This document shows, in pieces, positions 27,217 to 37,388 of a stretch of 64,000 nt of DNA. A program made the position numbers and the translations under genes. The stretch lies in the IMG/VR virus record IMGVR_UViG_2923146907_000004, one strand, 5' to 3'. The stretch is from an uncultured virus (IMG/VR IMGVR_UViG_2923146907_000004) (lineage: Duplodnaviria > Heunggongvirae > Uroviricota > Caudoviricetes). Positions within the stretch are counted from its first letter, which is position 1, and every line of letters starts with the position of its first letter. The notes beneath the pieces are model-generated. The model did not search any database, was not told the origin of the DNA, and worked only from the letters and a program-made list of their open reading frames with translations.

Positions 27217-28496
27217 CCACCTTCGTCGCTGCGCCTCTCAACCTGAACATCACGCTCCCCTTCAAACTGGCGCCACTGTACGAGGCGCGCCGGTACAAGG
27301 TCATGCGTGGTGGGCGCGGTGGCGGAAAGTCCCATGGCGTGGCCCAGGTGCTGCTCGACATGGGCGCGCGCAAACCCCTGCGCATTCTCTGCGCGCGGGA
27401 AATCCAGAAGTCTATGCGCGACTCGGTTCACCGGCTGCTGCGCGACTACATCGTCAAGCTCGGCCTGACCGAGTTCTACGAGGTGCTGGACACCGAGATT
27501 CGTGGACGCAACGGCACGCTGTTCCTGTTCTCCGGCCTGCAAGGGCACACCGTCGATTCCATCAAGTCCTTTGAGGGCGTGGACATCGTATGGGTGGAAG
27601 AAGCCCAGGGCGTGTGCAAGAAGTCCTGGGACGTGCTGATCCCGACCATCCGCAAGGATGGATCGGAGATATGGCTGACGCTCAACCCGGCGATGGACAC
27701 CGACGACACCTACGTGCGGTTCTGCGCCGCGCCGGATGACGACGTGTGGCTCTGCGAAATCAACTGGCGCGACAACCCGTGGTTCCCTGATGTCCTCAAC
27801 CAGGAGCGCCTGCGCGCCAAGCGCTCCATGTCGCAGGAGGACTACGAGCACATATGGGAAGGCAAGCCGCGCACCGTGGCCGAGGGTGCCATCTACCGCC
27901 ATGAAATCCTGGACCTGATGGAAAGCGGGCGCGTTCGCCCGGTGCCATACGACCCTCTGCTACCCGTCCACACGGTATGGGACTTGGGCTGGAACGACGC
28001 CATGACCATCGGCTTTGTCCAGCGCGGGCCGATGGACGTGCGAATCATCGACTACATCGAGGACAGCCATCGCACGCTGGATTGGTACGTGGCGCAGATC
28101 GAGAAACGCCCGTATCGCTGGGGCATCGACTACCTGCCGCACGACGGTCGTACCCGCAACTACCAGACCGGCAAGAGCACCGAGGAACAGCTACAGGCGA
28201 TGGGCCGCAAGGTCCACGTCCTGGCCGCCACCAGCATAGAGGAAGGCATCAAGGCCGTGCGCATGCTGTTCCCGCGCTGCTACTTCGACAAGGACAAGAC
28301 CGGGCGTCTGGTGGAGTGCCTGAAGCGCTACCGCCGCGCCCTGCACCAGCATACCGGAGAGGCCATGGCTCCCCTGCACGACGAATACAGCCACGGCTCC
28401 GACATGTTCCGCTACGTCGGCCAGGCCGTGGAAATCATGCCCAACGAAATGGAACGCACCTACGAGGAAGCGGAAGCGCCTGACTGGCGACTGTGA
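27213..28496 (+). CDS. terL: Terminase large subunit (PBSX-like)
   Basis: GGRGGGKS Walker A, WVEEAQ Walker B, WDLG nuclease motif. Confidence 0.95.
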   Translation: MTTFVAAPLNLNITLPFKLAPLYEARRYKVMRGGRGGGKSHGVAQVLLDMGARKPLRILCAREIQKSMRDSVHRLLRDYIVKLGLTEFYEVLDTEIRGRNGTLFLFSGLQGHTVDSIKSFEGVDIVWVEEAQGVCKKSWDVLIPTIRKDGSEIWLTLNPAMDTDDTYVRFCAAPDDDVWLCEINWRDNPWFPDVLNQERLRAKRSMSQEDYEHIWEGKPRTVAEGAIYRHEILDLMESGRVRPVPYDPLLPVHTVWDLGWNDAMTIGFVQRGPMDVRIIDYIEDSHRTLDWYVAQIEKRPYRWGIDYLPHDGRTRNYQTGKSTEEQLQAMGRKVHVLAATSIEEGIKAVRMLFPRCYFDKDKTGRLVECLKRYRRALHQHTGEAMAPLHDEYSHGSDMFRYVGQAVEIMPNEMERTYEEAEAPDWRL

Positions 28497-28505
28497 GGAC
28501 ACGAC

Positions 28506-30827
28506 ATGCAGATCACTGAGAATGACCGCCAGTACATGAATGGCCTGCCACCGGCCGGCGACACGCCGCTGACCGTGGACGAGTACGCCGACATCAACTA
28601 CGAAATCGAGGACCAGCCCGCGTGGCGCGCCGTCGCCGACAAGGAAATGGATTACGCGGACGGGAACCAGCTCGACACCGACCTGCTGCGTCGCCAGCAG
28701 GCACTGGGCATCCCGCCCGCGGTAGAAGACCTGATTGGCCCGGCCCTGCTGTCCCTGCAAGGCTACGAGGCCGTCACTCGCACAGACTGGCGCGTGACGC
28801 CGAACGGTGACGTGGGTGGCCAGGACGTGGCCGACGCCCTGAACTACCGGCTGAACACGGCAGAGCGCCAGTCTGGTGCCGACCGCGCATGCTCCGAAGC
28901 GTTCCGGCCGCAGATCGCGTGCGGTATCGGCTGGGTAGAAGTCAGCCGCGAGTCGGACCCGTTCAAGTTCCCGTACCGCTGCCGGCCTATCCGCCGCGAC
29001 GAAATTCACTGGGACATGAAGTGCGGCGACGACTGGGAGGCCTGCCGCTTCCTGCGCCGGCAGCGCTGGCTGTCACCTGATCGCATTGCCCTGGTGTTCC
29101 CGGAGCATGCCGAGCTGATCCGCATGGTAGGTAAGTACGGCAGCACCTGGTGGGGCCAGCCCGATCTCGGAATGATGGAAGGCGGCACATCCACCGGTCT
29201 ACACAACGCATGGAACGAGGCGCGGGCCTGGACCGTGCAGGAGGACCGCTGGTACAACCCAAGCAGCAAGGAAATCTGCCTGGTGGAACTCTGGTATCGC
29301 CGCTGGGTGCAGGTCCACGTCCTGAAATCGCCCGATGGCCGAGTCGTCGAGTACGACCCGAACAACCTGGCGCACAACATCGCGCTGGCGTCCGGCCGCA
29401 TTTCACCGAAGAAGGTGACGGTATCCCGCGTGCGCCGCTCCTACTGGCTCGGGCCGCACTGCCTGCACGATGGGCCAAGCCCATACACACATCGCCACTT
29501 CCCCTACGTCCCGTTCTTCGGTTTCCGCGAGGATGCCACCGGAATTCCATACGGGTACGTGCGCGGCATGAAGTACGCCCAGGACAGCCTGAATAGCGGT
29601 ATGTCCAAGCTCCGCTGGGGCATGAGCGTCACTCGAGTGGAGCGTACCAAGGGCGCGGTGGACATGACCGACGCCCAACTACGCCGGCAGATCGCACGTC
29701 CGGATGCCGACATCGTGCTGAACGCTGAGCACTTCGCAAGCAACAGGGGCGCTCGTTTCGAGGTAAAGCGCGACTACACCCTGACCGACCAGCATTTCCA
29801 GATGCTCCAGGACAACCGCGCCACCATCGAGCGCGTAAGCAACATCACGGCCGGTTTCCAAGGGCGCAAAGGCACGGCCACTAGCGGCATCCAGGAACAG
29901 CAGCAGATCGAGCAGAGCAACCAGTCAATTGGCCGGATCATGGACAACTTCCGCGCCGGCCGGACCCTGGTGGGCGAACTGCTGCTGGCAATGATCGTCG
30001 AGGACATCGGCCAGGAGCGCACTGAGGTTGTTATCGAAGGCGATGCCGTGACCGCCGATCGTGTCGTGGTGCTCAACGAGCCGCAGCGCGATCCGCAGAC
30101 CGGCGCCGCCTACCTGTCCAATGATCTGCTGCGCACTCGGATCAAGGTCGCCCTCGAGGACGTTCCCAGCACCAACAGCTACCGCGGCCAGCAGCTCAAC
30201 GCGATGTCCGAGGCCGTCAAGAGCATGCCGCCGCAGTACCAGGCCGCTGTCCTGCCGTTCCTGGTCAGCCTCATGGACGTGCCGTTCAAGCGCGACGTGG
30301 TGGAGGCCATCCGAGCCGTTGATCAACAGCAGACCCCGGAGCAGATCCAGCAGCAGATCGACCAGGCCGTGCAGGACGCCCTGGCCAAGGCCGGAAACGA
30401 CATCAAGCTGCGCGAACTGGAGATCAAGGAGCGCAAGGCGGATAGCGAAATCAGTGGGCTGAACGCCAAGGCAGTGCAGATCGGGGTGCAGGCCGCATTC
30501 AGTGCCATGCAGGCCGGCGCCCAGATTGCGCAGATGCCGATGATCGCGCCGATCGCCGACGCCGTGATGCAGAGCGCTGGATACCAGCGCCCGAACCCTG
30601 CTGGTGACGACCCGAATTACCCCGTAGCCGACCAGACGGCGGCAATGAACATCAAGTCGCCCTACATCCAAGGGCAGGGGCCGGCAGCGGCAGAAGCTGA
30701 GGCCGAGGAGGCTCCAGTACGCAGGAACACCAGTCCGACATATCCGCCGGTGCCGGCCGAGGCCCCGACCGGCCAGCGCGGAATAGAGACGCCGAGTACG
30801 GCTGACAACCTGCCGCAGGGCTCTTGA
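28506..30827 (+). CDS. Portal protein (P22-like)
   Basis: 773 aa after TerL; Y.DG.Q, FPYVP, G.VR.M...QD..N, ATSG. Confidence 0.85.
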   Translation: MQITENDRQYMNGLPPAGDTPLTVDEYADINYEIEDQPAWRAVADKEMDYADGNQLDTDLLRRQQALGIPPAVEDLIGPALLSLQGYEAVTRTDWRVTPNGDVGGQDVADALNYRLNTAERQSGADRACSEAFRPQIACGIGWVEVSRESDPFKFPYRCRPIRRDEIHWDMKCGDDWEACRFLRRQRWLSPDRIALVFPEHAELIRMVGKYGSTWWGQPDLGMMEGGTSTGLHNAWNEARAWTVQEDRWYNPSSKEICLVELWYRRWVQVHVLKSPDGRVVEYDPNNLAHNIALASGRISPKKVTVSRVRRSYWLGPHCLHDGPSPYTHRHFPYVPFFGFREDATGIPYGYVRGMKYAQDSLNSGMSKLRWGMSVTRVERTKGAVDMTDAQLRRQIARPDADIVLNAEHFASNRGARFEVKRDYTLTDQHFQMLQDNRATIERVSNITAGFQGRKGTATSGIQEQQQIEQSNQSIGRIMDNFRAGRTLVGELLLAMIVEDIGQERTEVVIEGDAVTADRVVVLNEPQRDPQTGAAYLSNDLLRTRIKVALEDVPSTNSYRGQQLNAMSEAVKSMPPQYQAAVLPFLVSLMDVPFKRDVVEAIRAVDQQQTPEQIQQQIDQAVQDALAKAGNDIKLRELEIKERKADSEISGLNAKAVQIGVQAAFSAMQAGAQIAQMPMIAPIADAVMQSAGYQRPNPAGDDPNYPVADQTAAMNIKSPYIQGQGPAAAEAEAEEAPVRRNTSPTYPPVPAEAPTGQRGIETPSTADNLPQGS

Positions 30828-30865
30828 CGTAGCGAAGTTCGAACCAACCACACGAGGAGCAACAT

Positions 30866-32044
30866 ATGACCATCATCAAGCCCACCGTGGGCCGCATCGT
30901 CCACTACTACCCAACTGCCGATGACCAGGGCGCGAAGCCTGACGATGGCCAGCCGCTGTCGGCAATCATCGCGCACGTATGGTCTGACACTTGCGTCAAC
31001 CTGGCGTACTTCGATGCCAACGGCCTGCCGTACAACAAGACCAGCGTACTGCTGGTGCAGGAAGGGGCGCAGCGCCCGGCCGCCGGCTTCGCCGAATGGA
31101 TGCCGTACCAGAAGGGCCAGGCAGCGAAGACCGAGGCTGTACAACGCGAGGCATTGGACGCGCTGCTGCATGTACGCGTCCCGATCCTCGATCAGATCAC
31201 CGATCTGTGCTGGGCCATCGAGAAGTGTGGAGCCTCTCCCGAACTGACCGACGCGGTGACCAAGGCCAGCGCGTTGCGCGAGCCGATCAGTGAACTGGTT
31301 CGCCAGGCGCTGGTGCTGGGCATCGGTGAGGGTATCGTGGGCGTCAGCTACTCCAGCAACGCGCCGAAGCACTGCGACCGTTGCCTGCGTCCTGTGGCGC
31401 ACTGCGATGGTCACGAGGACCAGTCCGAGCCGCCCGAACATGGCGTGACGGGTGGCAGCGCGTCGCAACAGCCGTCACCTGTTGCTGGTGACGTCACCGT
31501 GACGTCACGCGACGTTTCCTGTGACGAAATCGAGCAGGAAATCCAGGCCAAGGGCCTGACCGCGCCACGCATCACCCCGGCCGACGTCGAGGCCAGCATC
31601 GCCAGCGAGCACTACTTCACCGCGCACCAGGGTGACGCCAAGGCAGTGGAAGTCGCCGCGTTCTCGGGTGGTTCGCTGAATGCTGCGGCTTCCCGGTCAA
31701 CGCCGGATGCGCTCCGCCTTCTGACCTTCTGCGTGCTGGTGCTGCGCAACGGTTTCACCGTCACCGGCGAGTCGGCCTGCGCGAGCCCGGAGAACTTCGA
31801 CGAAGAGATCGGCCGCAAGATCGCGCGCCAGAACGCCGTGCAGAAAGTCTGGCAGTTGGAGGGCTACCTGCTGCGCGAGCGCCTGCACAACGCTCCGGCG
31901 GTGGCTGCTGCCATCGCTTTGCTGGGCGACAGTGCCGACTACTGTGACACCAACGCCGCGGTGCGCAACGACCTGGACCAGGCCGAGCAGGACCTGGCCA
32001 ACGCCGCCAGCTACCGTCTGGCCGCCAGCATGCTGCAGTCCTGA
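30866..32044 (+). CDS. Multidomain protein with phage Gp49-like domain
   Basis: APRITP..LTFCVLVLRNGFTVTGESACASPENFD..IGRKIA...W.LEGYLL. Confidence 0.8.
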   Translation: MTIIKPTVGRIVHYYPTADDQGAKPDDGQPLSAIIAHVWSDTCVNLAYFDANGLPYNKTSVLLVQEGAQRPAAGFAEWMPYQKGQAAKTEAVQREALDALLHVRVPILDQITDLCWAIEKCGASPELTDAVTKASALREPISELVRQALVLGIGEGIVGVSYSSNAPKHCDRCLRPVAHCDGHEDQSEPPEHGVTGGSASQQPSPVAGDVTVTSRDVSCDEIEQEIQAKGLTAPRITPADVEASIASEHYFTAHQGDAKAVEVAAFSGGSLNAAASRSTPDALRLLTFCVLVLRNGFTVTGESACASPENFDEEIGRKIARQNAVQKVWQLEGYLLRERLHNAPAVAAAIALLGDSADYCDTNAAVRNDLDQAEQDLANAASYRLAASMLQS

Positions 32045-32088
32045 CACACCTCCGCTACAACTCGCCAACCTGAAACCCTACCGGGCCA

Positions 32089-32130
32089 CCCCCTGTAGGG
32101 TTTCGTCTTCCTGCACCTGTCTCCGACACT
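32089..32130 (+). promoter_or_regulatory. Putative late promoter 2 (scaffold/capsid)
   Basis: CCCCCTGTAGGG-T-TTCGTC-17 bp-GACACT; inverted partial copy at 32072-32081. Confidence 0.7.
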
Positions 32131-32228
32131 GCCGCCCAAGCCAAGGCGTCTCCGAACGCCGGCGAGACGCGGAGTAATCCGCATTGCTGATGACCCTTGC
32201 GGCCACGGCGATATGTGGCGGGATAGGC

Positions 32229-33320
32229 ATGAAAAAAGACGAGCTTTTCCAAGAGATAGACGGCGGACGGCCGACACCTGAACAGGCTGCCAGGATGATT
32301 GAACTGGCAATGGGCGATACCAGCAATTTCATGCTGGACAGCGACGAGCCCAACGTCGCAGCCGATGCGGGTGACGGCGATGCTGGCGAGGCCAGTGCCG
32401 ATGCCGCCGATCAGGCAGACAACACCGAACAGAACACCGACGCGCAGCAGGGCGCGGGTGACGCCGGCGCTTCGGCTGGTGGCGAGCAACAGGGCAAGAC
32501 GCCCGACGCCAAAGAGCTAAACGCCGAGAACGCCGTGATCCTGGCCAAGGACGGCAAGCACACCATCGGCTACGAGAAGCTGGTGGAAGCGAGACAGGGA
32601 GAACAGCACTGGAAGGCCCAAGCCCAGGCCGCGCAGGCAGAGCTACAACGCCTGCGGGATGAGGCAGCAGCGCGCGCCACGGCAGGCGAGGCCCCGACGT
32701 CGCAGGACAACCAACTGGCGGCGGCTCAGGCTGCCATGGATCAGGGGGTTGACCCTGCGATCTTCGGTGACTTCAGCGAGGAAGCGCTGGCCGCGGGCAT
32801 CCAGAAGCTGATCGACGCGAAGGTGGAAGCGCGCGTGAGCGCACTCGTGGACCAGAAGCTGGCACCGATCCAGAAGAAGGAAGCCGAGAGCGCCGCGAGC
32901 GCCCACCTGAATGCGATCTACGAGGCCCATCCGGACGCCGACTCCATTGCGGAGAGCAAGGAGTTCGGGGACTGGGTGGCGTCCCGTCCGGCATATGAGC
33001 GCGCGAGCATCGCCAAGGTGCTGGAAGACGGCACCGCGGCCGATGTCATCGAACTGTTCGGTTCGTTCAAGTCCGCCACCGGAAACGCTCAGCAGTCGCA
33101 GCAGCAGCCGAACGCGCAAGACGCGAAGGCTGCGGCCCAGGCTGCCATCAACAAAGCCAAGACCGAACCGCCGGCCAGTCTCTCGGATATCCCGGGCGGC
33201 AAGCCTCCGGCTGGCAACCGATTCGAGGCCATTGCCGCAATGGATCCGGCATCCATGTCGGACGCCCTGCGCGGCATGAGCCCCGATCAGGTCGAGGCAT
33301 TCCTGAACCGGAACATGTAA
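32229..33320 (+). CDS. Capsid scaffolding protein
   Basis: Acidic, Ala-rich coiled coil directly before the capsid gene. Confidence 0.75.
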   Translation: MKKDELFQEIDGGRPTPEQAARMIELAMGDTSNFMLDSDEPNVAADAGDGDAGEASADAADQADNTEQNTDAQQGAGDAGASAGGEQQGKTPDAKELNAENAVILAKDGKHTIGYEKLVEARQGEQHWKAQAQAAQAELQRLRDEAAARATAGEAPTSQDNQLAAAQAAMDQGVDPAIFGDFSEEALAAGIQKLIDAKVEARVSALVDQKLAPIQKKEAESAASAHLNAIYEAHPDADSIAESKEFGDWVASRPAYERASIAKVLEDGTAADVIELFGSFKSATGNAQQSQQQPNAQDAKAAAQAAINKAKTEPPASLSDIPGGKPPAGNRFEAIAAMDPASMSDALRGMSPDQVEAFLNRNM

Positions 33321-33332
33321 GGGAGCTACCCC

Positions 33333-34625
33333 ATGACCGCAAGCAAAACCACCATGCGTTACGGTGATCCGAACGCGATGATCCAACAGGCCGCCGGCTT
33401 GTTCGCGCTCTGCCAGGGCCGCAACTCGACCCTGAACCGCCTGACCGGCAAGATGCCGAGCGGCACCAGCGACGCCGAGAAAAAGACCAAGGGCCAGTCG
33501 AGCCTGGAACTTCCCATCGTCCAGGCACAGGATCTGGGCCGCAACAAGGGCGACGAGGTGCGTTTCCACTTCGTGCAGCCGGCGAACGCCTTCCCGATCA
33601 TGGGTAGCGAGTACGCCGAGGGCAAGGGCACTGGCCTGAAGATCGGCAGCGACCAACTGCGCGTCAACCAGGCCCGCTTCCCGGTGGACCTGGGCGATGT
33701 GATGTCGCAGATTCGCAACCCCTACGACCTGCGCCGCCTCGGCCGTCCGAAGGCGAAGTGGTTCATGGACGCCTACCTGGACCAGTCCATGCTGGTTCAC
33801 CTGGCCGGCGCCCGTGGTAACCACTACAACAAGGAGTGGTGCCTCCCGCTGGAGACGCATCCGAAGCTGGCTGACATGCTGGTCAACCGCGTCAAGGCGC
33901 CGACCAAGAACCGTCACTTCGTGGCCAGCGCCGATGCCATCACTGGCGTTGCGCCGAATGCGGGGGAGTACAACATCACCACCGCCGACGTGCTGGACGT
34001 GGATGTGGTCGACTCCATCGCCACCTACATGGACCAGATCGAGCTGCCGCCGCCGCCCGTGAAGTTCGAGGGCGACGAGGCTGCTGAGGATTCGCCGATC
34101 CGCGTCCTGCTGTGCTCGCCGGCCCAGTACAACAGCTTCGCCAAGCAGGAGAAGTTCCGTAGTTGGCAGGCTGCTGCACTGGCGCGCGCGTCGAACGCCA
34201 AGCAGCACCCGATCTTCCGCGTCGATGCGGGCCTGTGGTCCAACACCCTCATCATCAAGATGCCGAAGCCGATCCGCTTCTACGCGGGCGACACCATCAA
34301 GTACTGCGCCGCGTACAACTCGGAAGCCGAGTCGAGCGCCGTGGTGCCGGATAGCTTCGGCAATCAGTACGCGGTGGACCGCGCCCTGCTGCTGGGCGGC
34401 CAGGCTCTGGCGCAAGCCTGGGCGGCATCCGAGCACTCCGGCATGCCGTTCTTCTGGTCCGAGAAGGACATGGACCACGGCGACAAGCTGGAACTGCTGA
34501 TCGGCGCGATCCTCGGCTGCTCCAAGATTCGTTTCGCCGTCGAGGCGACCAATGGCTTGGAGTACACCGACCACGGCGTGATGGCGATCGACACCGCCGT
34601 CAAGATCATCGGCCCCCGCAAGTAA
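33333..34625 (+). CDS. Major capsid protein (N4-gp56-like)
   Basis: DL...GDEV.F, EG.G, YDLR, RALLLGGQAL, DHGV..ID. Confidence 0.88.
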   Translation: MTASKTTMRYGDPNAMIQQAAGLFALCQGRNSTLNRLTGKMPSGTSDAEKKTKGQSSLELPIVQAQDLGRNKGDEVRFHFVQPANAFPIMGSEYAEGKGTGLKIGSDQLRVNQARFPVDLGDVMSQIRNPYDLRRLGRPKAKWFMDAYLDQSMLVHLAGARGNHYNKEWCLPLETHPKLADMLVNRVKAPTKNRHFVASADAITGVAPNAGEYNITTADVLDVDVVDSIATYMDQIELPPPPVKFEGDEAAEDSPIRVLLCSPAQYNSFAKQEKFRSWQAAALARASNAKQHPIFRVDAGLWSNTLIIKMPKPIRFYAGDTIKYCAAYNSEAESSAVVPDSFGNQYAVDRALLLGGQALAQAWAASEHSGMPFFWSEKDMDHGDKLELLIGAILGCSKIRFAVEATNGLEYTDHGVMAIDTAVKIIGPRK

Positions 34626-34683
34626 GCGACAAGGGTCGGTGATCCCGGCCCTTTCCTTCGTCCAGATTGAAAGGAGGCCCATT

Positions 34684-35163
34684 ATGGCCCAGTACAAGAC
34701 CATCCCGCTCGGCGGCCAGTTCGGCGGTTTCACGCCGTATGGCAACCTGACCACCCTGCGTTATCAGCTCGCGACCAACGCGGCCGGCGTTCTGCTCAAC
34801 AGCAATGCCGCCGCCGCGCTGGCGGTTGGCGATGTCGTGGCGTTCGAGTTCCCGTTGCCCGCCGGCTTCGTCGCCGAAGACCTGCAACTGGTGATTTCCG
34901 ACCACTTCGGTGCCGGCGTGACCGCTGACGTGGGCTTTGCCTACGCCGACGGCGTGGACGACGCGACCTATCCGCAGGACGCCGCGTATTTCGGCGCTGG
35001 CCTGCTGCTGTCGGCCGCTGCGCGCCTGCGCACCAGTTCCAGCAAGGCGCTGTTCGCGCTGCCCAAGGACGCCAACCTGGTTATCACCATCAAAGGCGCT
35101 GCCGTCGCGGAGGCGGGCAAGCTCCAGGTGATCGTCCACGGCGAGCGCCTCGGCGCAGTCTAA
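34684..35163 (+). CDS. Virion protein (decoration-like)
   Basis: Strong AGGAGG RBS after capsid; beta-rich. Confidence 0.7.
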   Translation: MAQYKTIPLGGQFGGFTPYGNLTTLRYQLATNAAGVLLNSNAAAALAVGDVVAFEFPLPAGFVAEDLQLVISDHFGAGVTADVGFAYADGVDDATYPQDAAYFGAGLLLSAAARLRTSSSKALFALPKDANLVITIKGAAVAEAGKLQVIVHGERLGAV

Positions 35164-35227
35164 GCGCCGCCGCCCTACGAAGGGCCGGCCCGTGCTGGCC
35201 CTTCTGTCACGCAGGAGTAGGACATTC

Positions 35228-36100
35228 ATGAAACCCATCATCATCGCCACCATCGCCCACGCGATCAATTCCGCCTACTGCCTCGCCATCGGCGACAAGG
35301 TGGCGCCACCGTTCGCCGAGTGCCCGGAAGACATGCAGCGCGGCATCCTGGCCGGCGTGCAACTCCACCTGGACAACCCAGACACCACCCCCGAGCAGTC
35401 CCATGAGTCCTGGCTGGCGGACAAGCTGGCCAACGGCTGGGTCCATGGCGATGTCAAGGACTTCGAGGCGAAGACGCACCCGTGCTGCGTTCCCTACGCC
35501 GAGTTGCCCGAGTCGCAGAAGGTCAAGGACTATCTGTTCCGCGCCGTGGTTCATGCACTCAAGGACATCCCGGACGCTGGGAGCCAGGACGCCGACGCGC
35601 GCGTGGCTGAGTTGCAAGACCAACTCAACGAGGTGCTAGGCAAGAATGCGGCCCTGGTGGCGCAGATGGCGAGCGACGGCGTGCCCATGCTGGATAACGG
35701 CGTGCCCATCAAGTACATCGGCCCGCGGGAAAGCTTCACCGACCGCCTGTATGGCTCCGGGCTGATGTTCACCCAAGGGCAGGTGCGTAGCGTGCCCGGC
35801 GACCTGGCGCGTCGATTCCTCAACCATCGCGACCTGTTCGAGCGCTCCACCGGCCCCGCGCCGGCCGGCGACGACACCAAGCAGGTGATCGCGCAGGCTC
35901 AGCAGGCCCAGCAGGAGCGCGCTCGCAAGGAGGAAGACCTATCGGCCCTGCACCGGGAGGTGGACAACTTCGCCGACTTCACCAGCCTGGCGGCATTCGC
36001 CAAGGACCGCTACGGACTGAACCTGGTCAAGCAGCACGGCTTGGCGCGCTCCCGTGATGCCGTCCACGCGCGCATCGACCAGTTCGGTGGCGCGGTATGA
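35228..36100 (+). CDS. RyR-domain phage protein
   Basis: HESW..K..GWVHG..KD...KTHPC.VPY.ELP..QK.KD. Confidence 0.8.
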   Translation: MKPIIIATIAHAINSAYCLAIGDKVAPPFAECPEDMQRGILAGVQLHLDNPDTTPEQSHESWLADKLANGWVHGDVKDFEAKTHPCCVPYAELPESQKVKDYLFRAVVHALKDIPDAGSQDADARVAELQDQLNEVLGKNAALVAQMASDGVPMLDNGVPIKYIGPRESFTDRLYGSGLMFTQGQVRSVPGDLARRFLNHRDLFERSTGPAPAGDDTKQVIAQAQQAQQERARKEEDLSALHREVDNFADFTSLAAFAKDRYGLNLVKQHGLARSRDAVHARIDQFGGAV

Positions 36101-36774
36101 CGCTGGCGGACCTGATCCGCCGAGTTCGCACGGACGCGAACGACATGGTGGAGCCGTATTTCTGGTCGGACCAGGACGTGGCCGACTGGCTCAACGACGC
36201 AGTGCGCGAAGCCGCCGTGCGCGGCAGGCTGATCCACGAGAGCCAGGCCGACGCCGTGTGCCGCACCGAGGTGGTCGCCGGAACTGCCGTCTACCAGTTG
36301 CATGCGTCGCTATACGAACTGTCGCACCTGGGCTTCTACCCGGCCGATATGTCGCGCCCGACCATGCCGGTGCTGAAGTCGGCCGAGGTGCTGGACGTGG
36401 AGCTGCCGGAATGGCGCGCATGCACCGGCAAGCCGCTGTACGCCATCCAGGGCGACACTTCGCTGCGCCTGGTGCCAACCCCCGACCGGGCTGGCATTCT
36501 GCGCGTGGAGGGCTACCGCACGCCCCTGGCTGACATGGCGCTGGCCGACAAGGACACCGCGCAGCCGGAGATTCACGCCGAGCACCACCGGCATCTGGTC
36601 CAGTGGGCGCTGCATCGCGGCTTCAGCATCCCCGACATGGAGTCGTTCGATCCGAACCGCGCCGCGCTGGCCGAAGCCGCTTTCACGGCCTACTTCGGCG
36701 AGCGCCCCGACTCCGACCTGCGGCGCATCACCCGTGAGGATGTTCCTCACCATGTAGAGGCATTCTGGCCATGA
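36097..36774 (+). CDS. Head-tail adaptor-like protein
   Basis: MTLADLIRRVR..D...WSD....WLNDA.RE. Confidence 0.7.
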   Translation: MTLADLIRRVRTDANDMVEPYFWSDQDVADWLNDAVREAAVRGRLIHESQADAVCRTEVVAGTAVYQLHASLYELSHLGFYPADMSRPTMPVLKSAEVLDVELPEWRACTGKPLYAIQGDTSLRLVPTPDRAGILRVEGYRTPLADMALADKDTAQPEIHAEHHRHLVQWALHRGFSIPDMESFDPNRAALAEAAFTAYFGERPDSDLRRITREDVPHHVEAFWP

Positions 36775-36977
36775 GCAAGAAGATGAGCGTGGACCTGAAG
36801 GTCGGAGAGGTACTGCTGATCGATGGTACTGCCATCCGCCTGGAAAAGAAGTCCGGGCAGGTGGCGCGCCTGCAGATTTCGGCCGACGAAGGCACCGTTA
36901 TTCAAAACCCCGCAGCAGCGCGCAGGAGTGCGCTCCAAGACCTGGAGCACACCCCTGATGGCAAATACCCTCTATGA
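36771..36977 (+). CDS. Small protein with CsrA-like beta pattern
   Basis: VDLKVGEVLLIDG..IRLEKKSGQVARLQISA; ATGA coupling. Confidence 0.65.
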   Translation: MSKKMSVDLKVGEVLLIDGTAIRLEKKSGQVARLQISADEGTVIQNPAAARRSALQDLEHTPDGKYPL

Positions 36978-37365
36978 CTATGCCCGCCAGCGCTTCCTGG
37001 AGGGCCAGTTCAACTGGATGACCGACACGATCAAGGTGATCCTGGTCGATACCGGCGCCTACACGCCGCAGACTGCGATCCACCAGTACCTGTCGGATAT
37101 CCCGTCGTCGTCCCGGATCGCTGGCCCGGTCACTCTTACCGCGAAGACCACCACTGGCGGCGCCGCCGACGGTGCGGATGTGACGTTCACCAGTGTGTCC
37201 GGCGCGAGCATCGAGGCAATCATCATCTACAAGGACACCGGTACCGAGTCCACCAGCCCGCTGATTGCATTCATCGACACGGCTACCGGCCTGCCGATCA
37301 CCCCCAACGGCGGCGACATCATCGTCACCTGGGATAACGGCACCAACAAAATCTTCAAGGTCTGA
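36958..37365 (+). CDS. Virion structural protein
   Basis: MANTLYD..DTIKV.LVD..GLPITPNGGDI. Confidence 0.75.
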   Translation: MANTLYDYARQRFLEGQFNWMTDTIKVILVDTGAYTPQTAIHQYLSDIPSSSRIAGPVTLTAKTTTGGAADGADVTFTSVSGASIEAIIIYKDTGTESTSPLIAFIDTATGLPITPNGGDIIVTWDNGTNKIFKV

Positions 37366-37388
37366 GCGCCTGCGCGCAGGAGTGCGAA

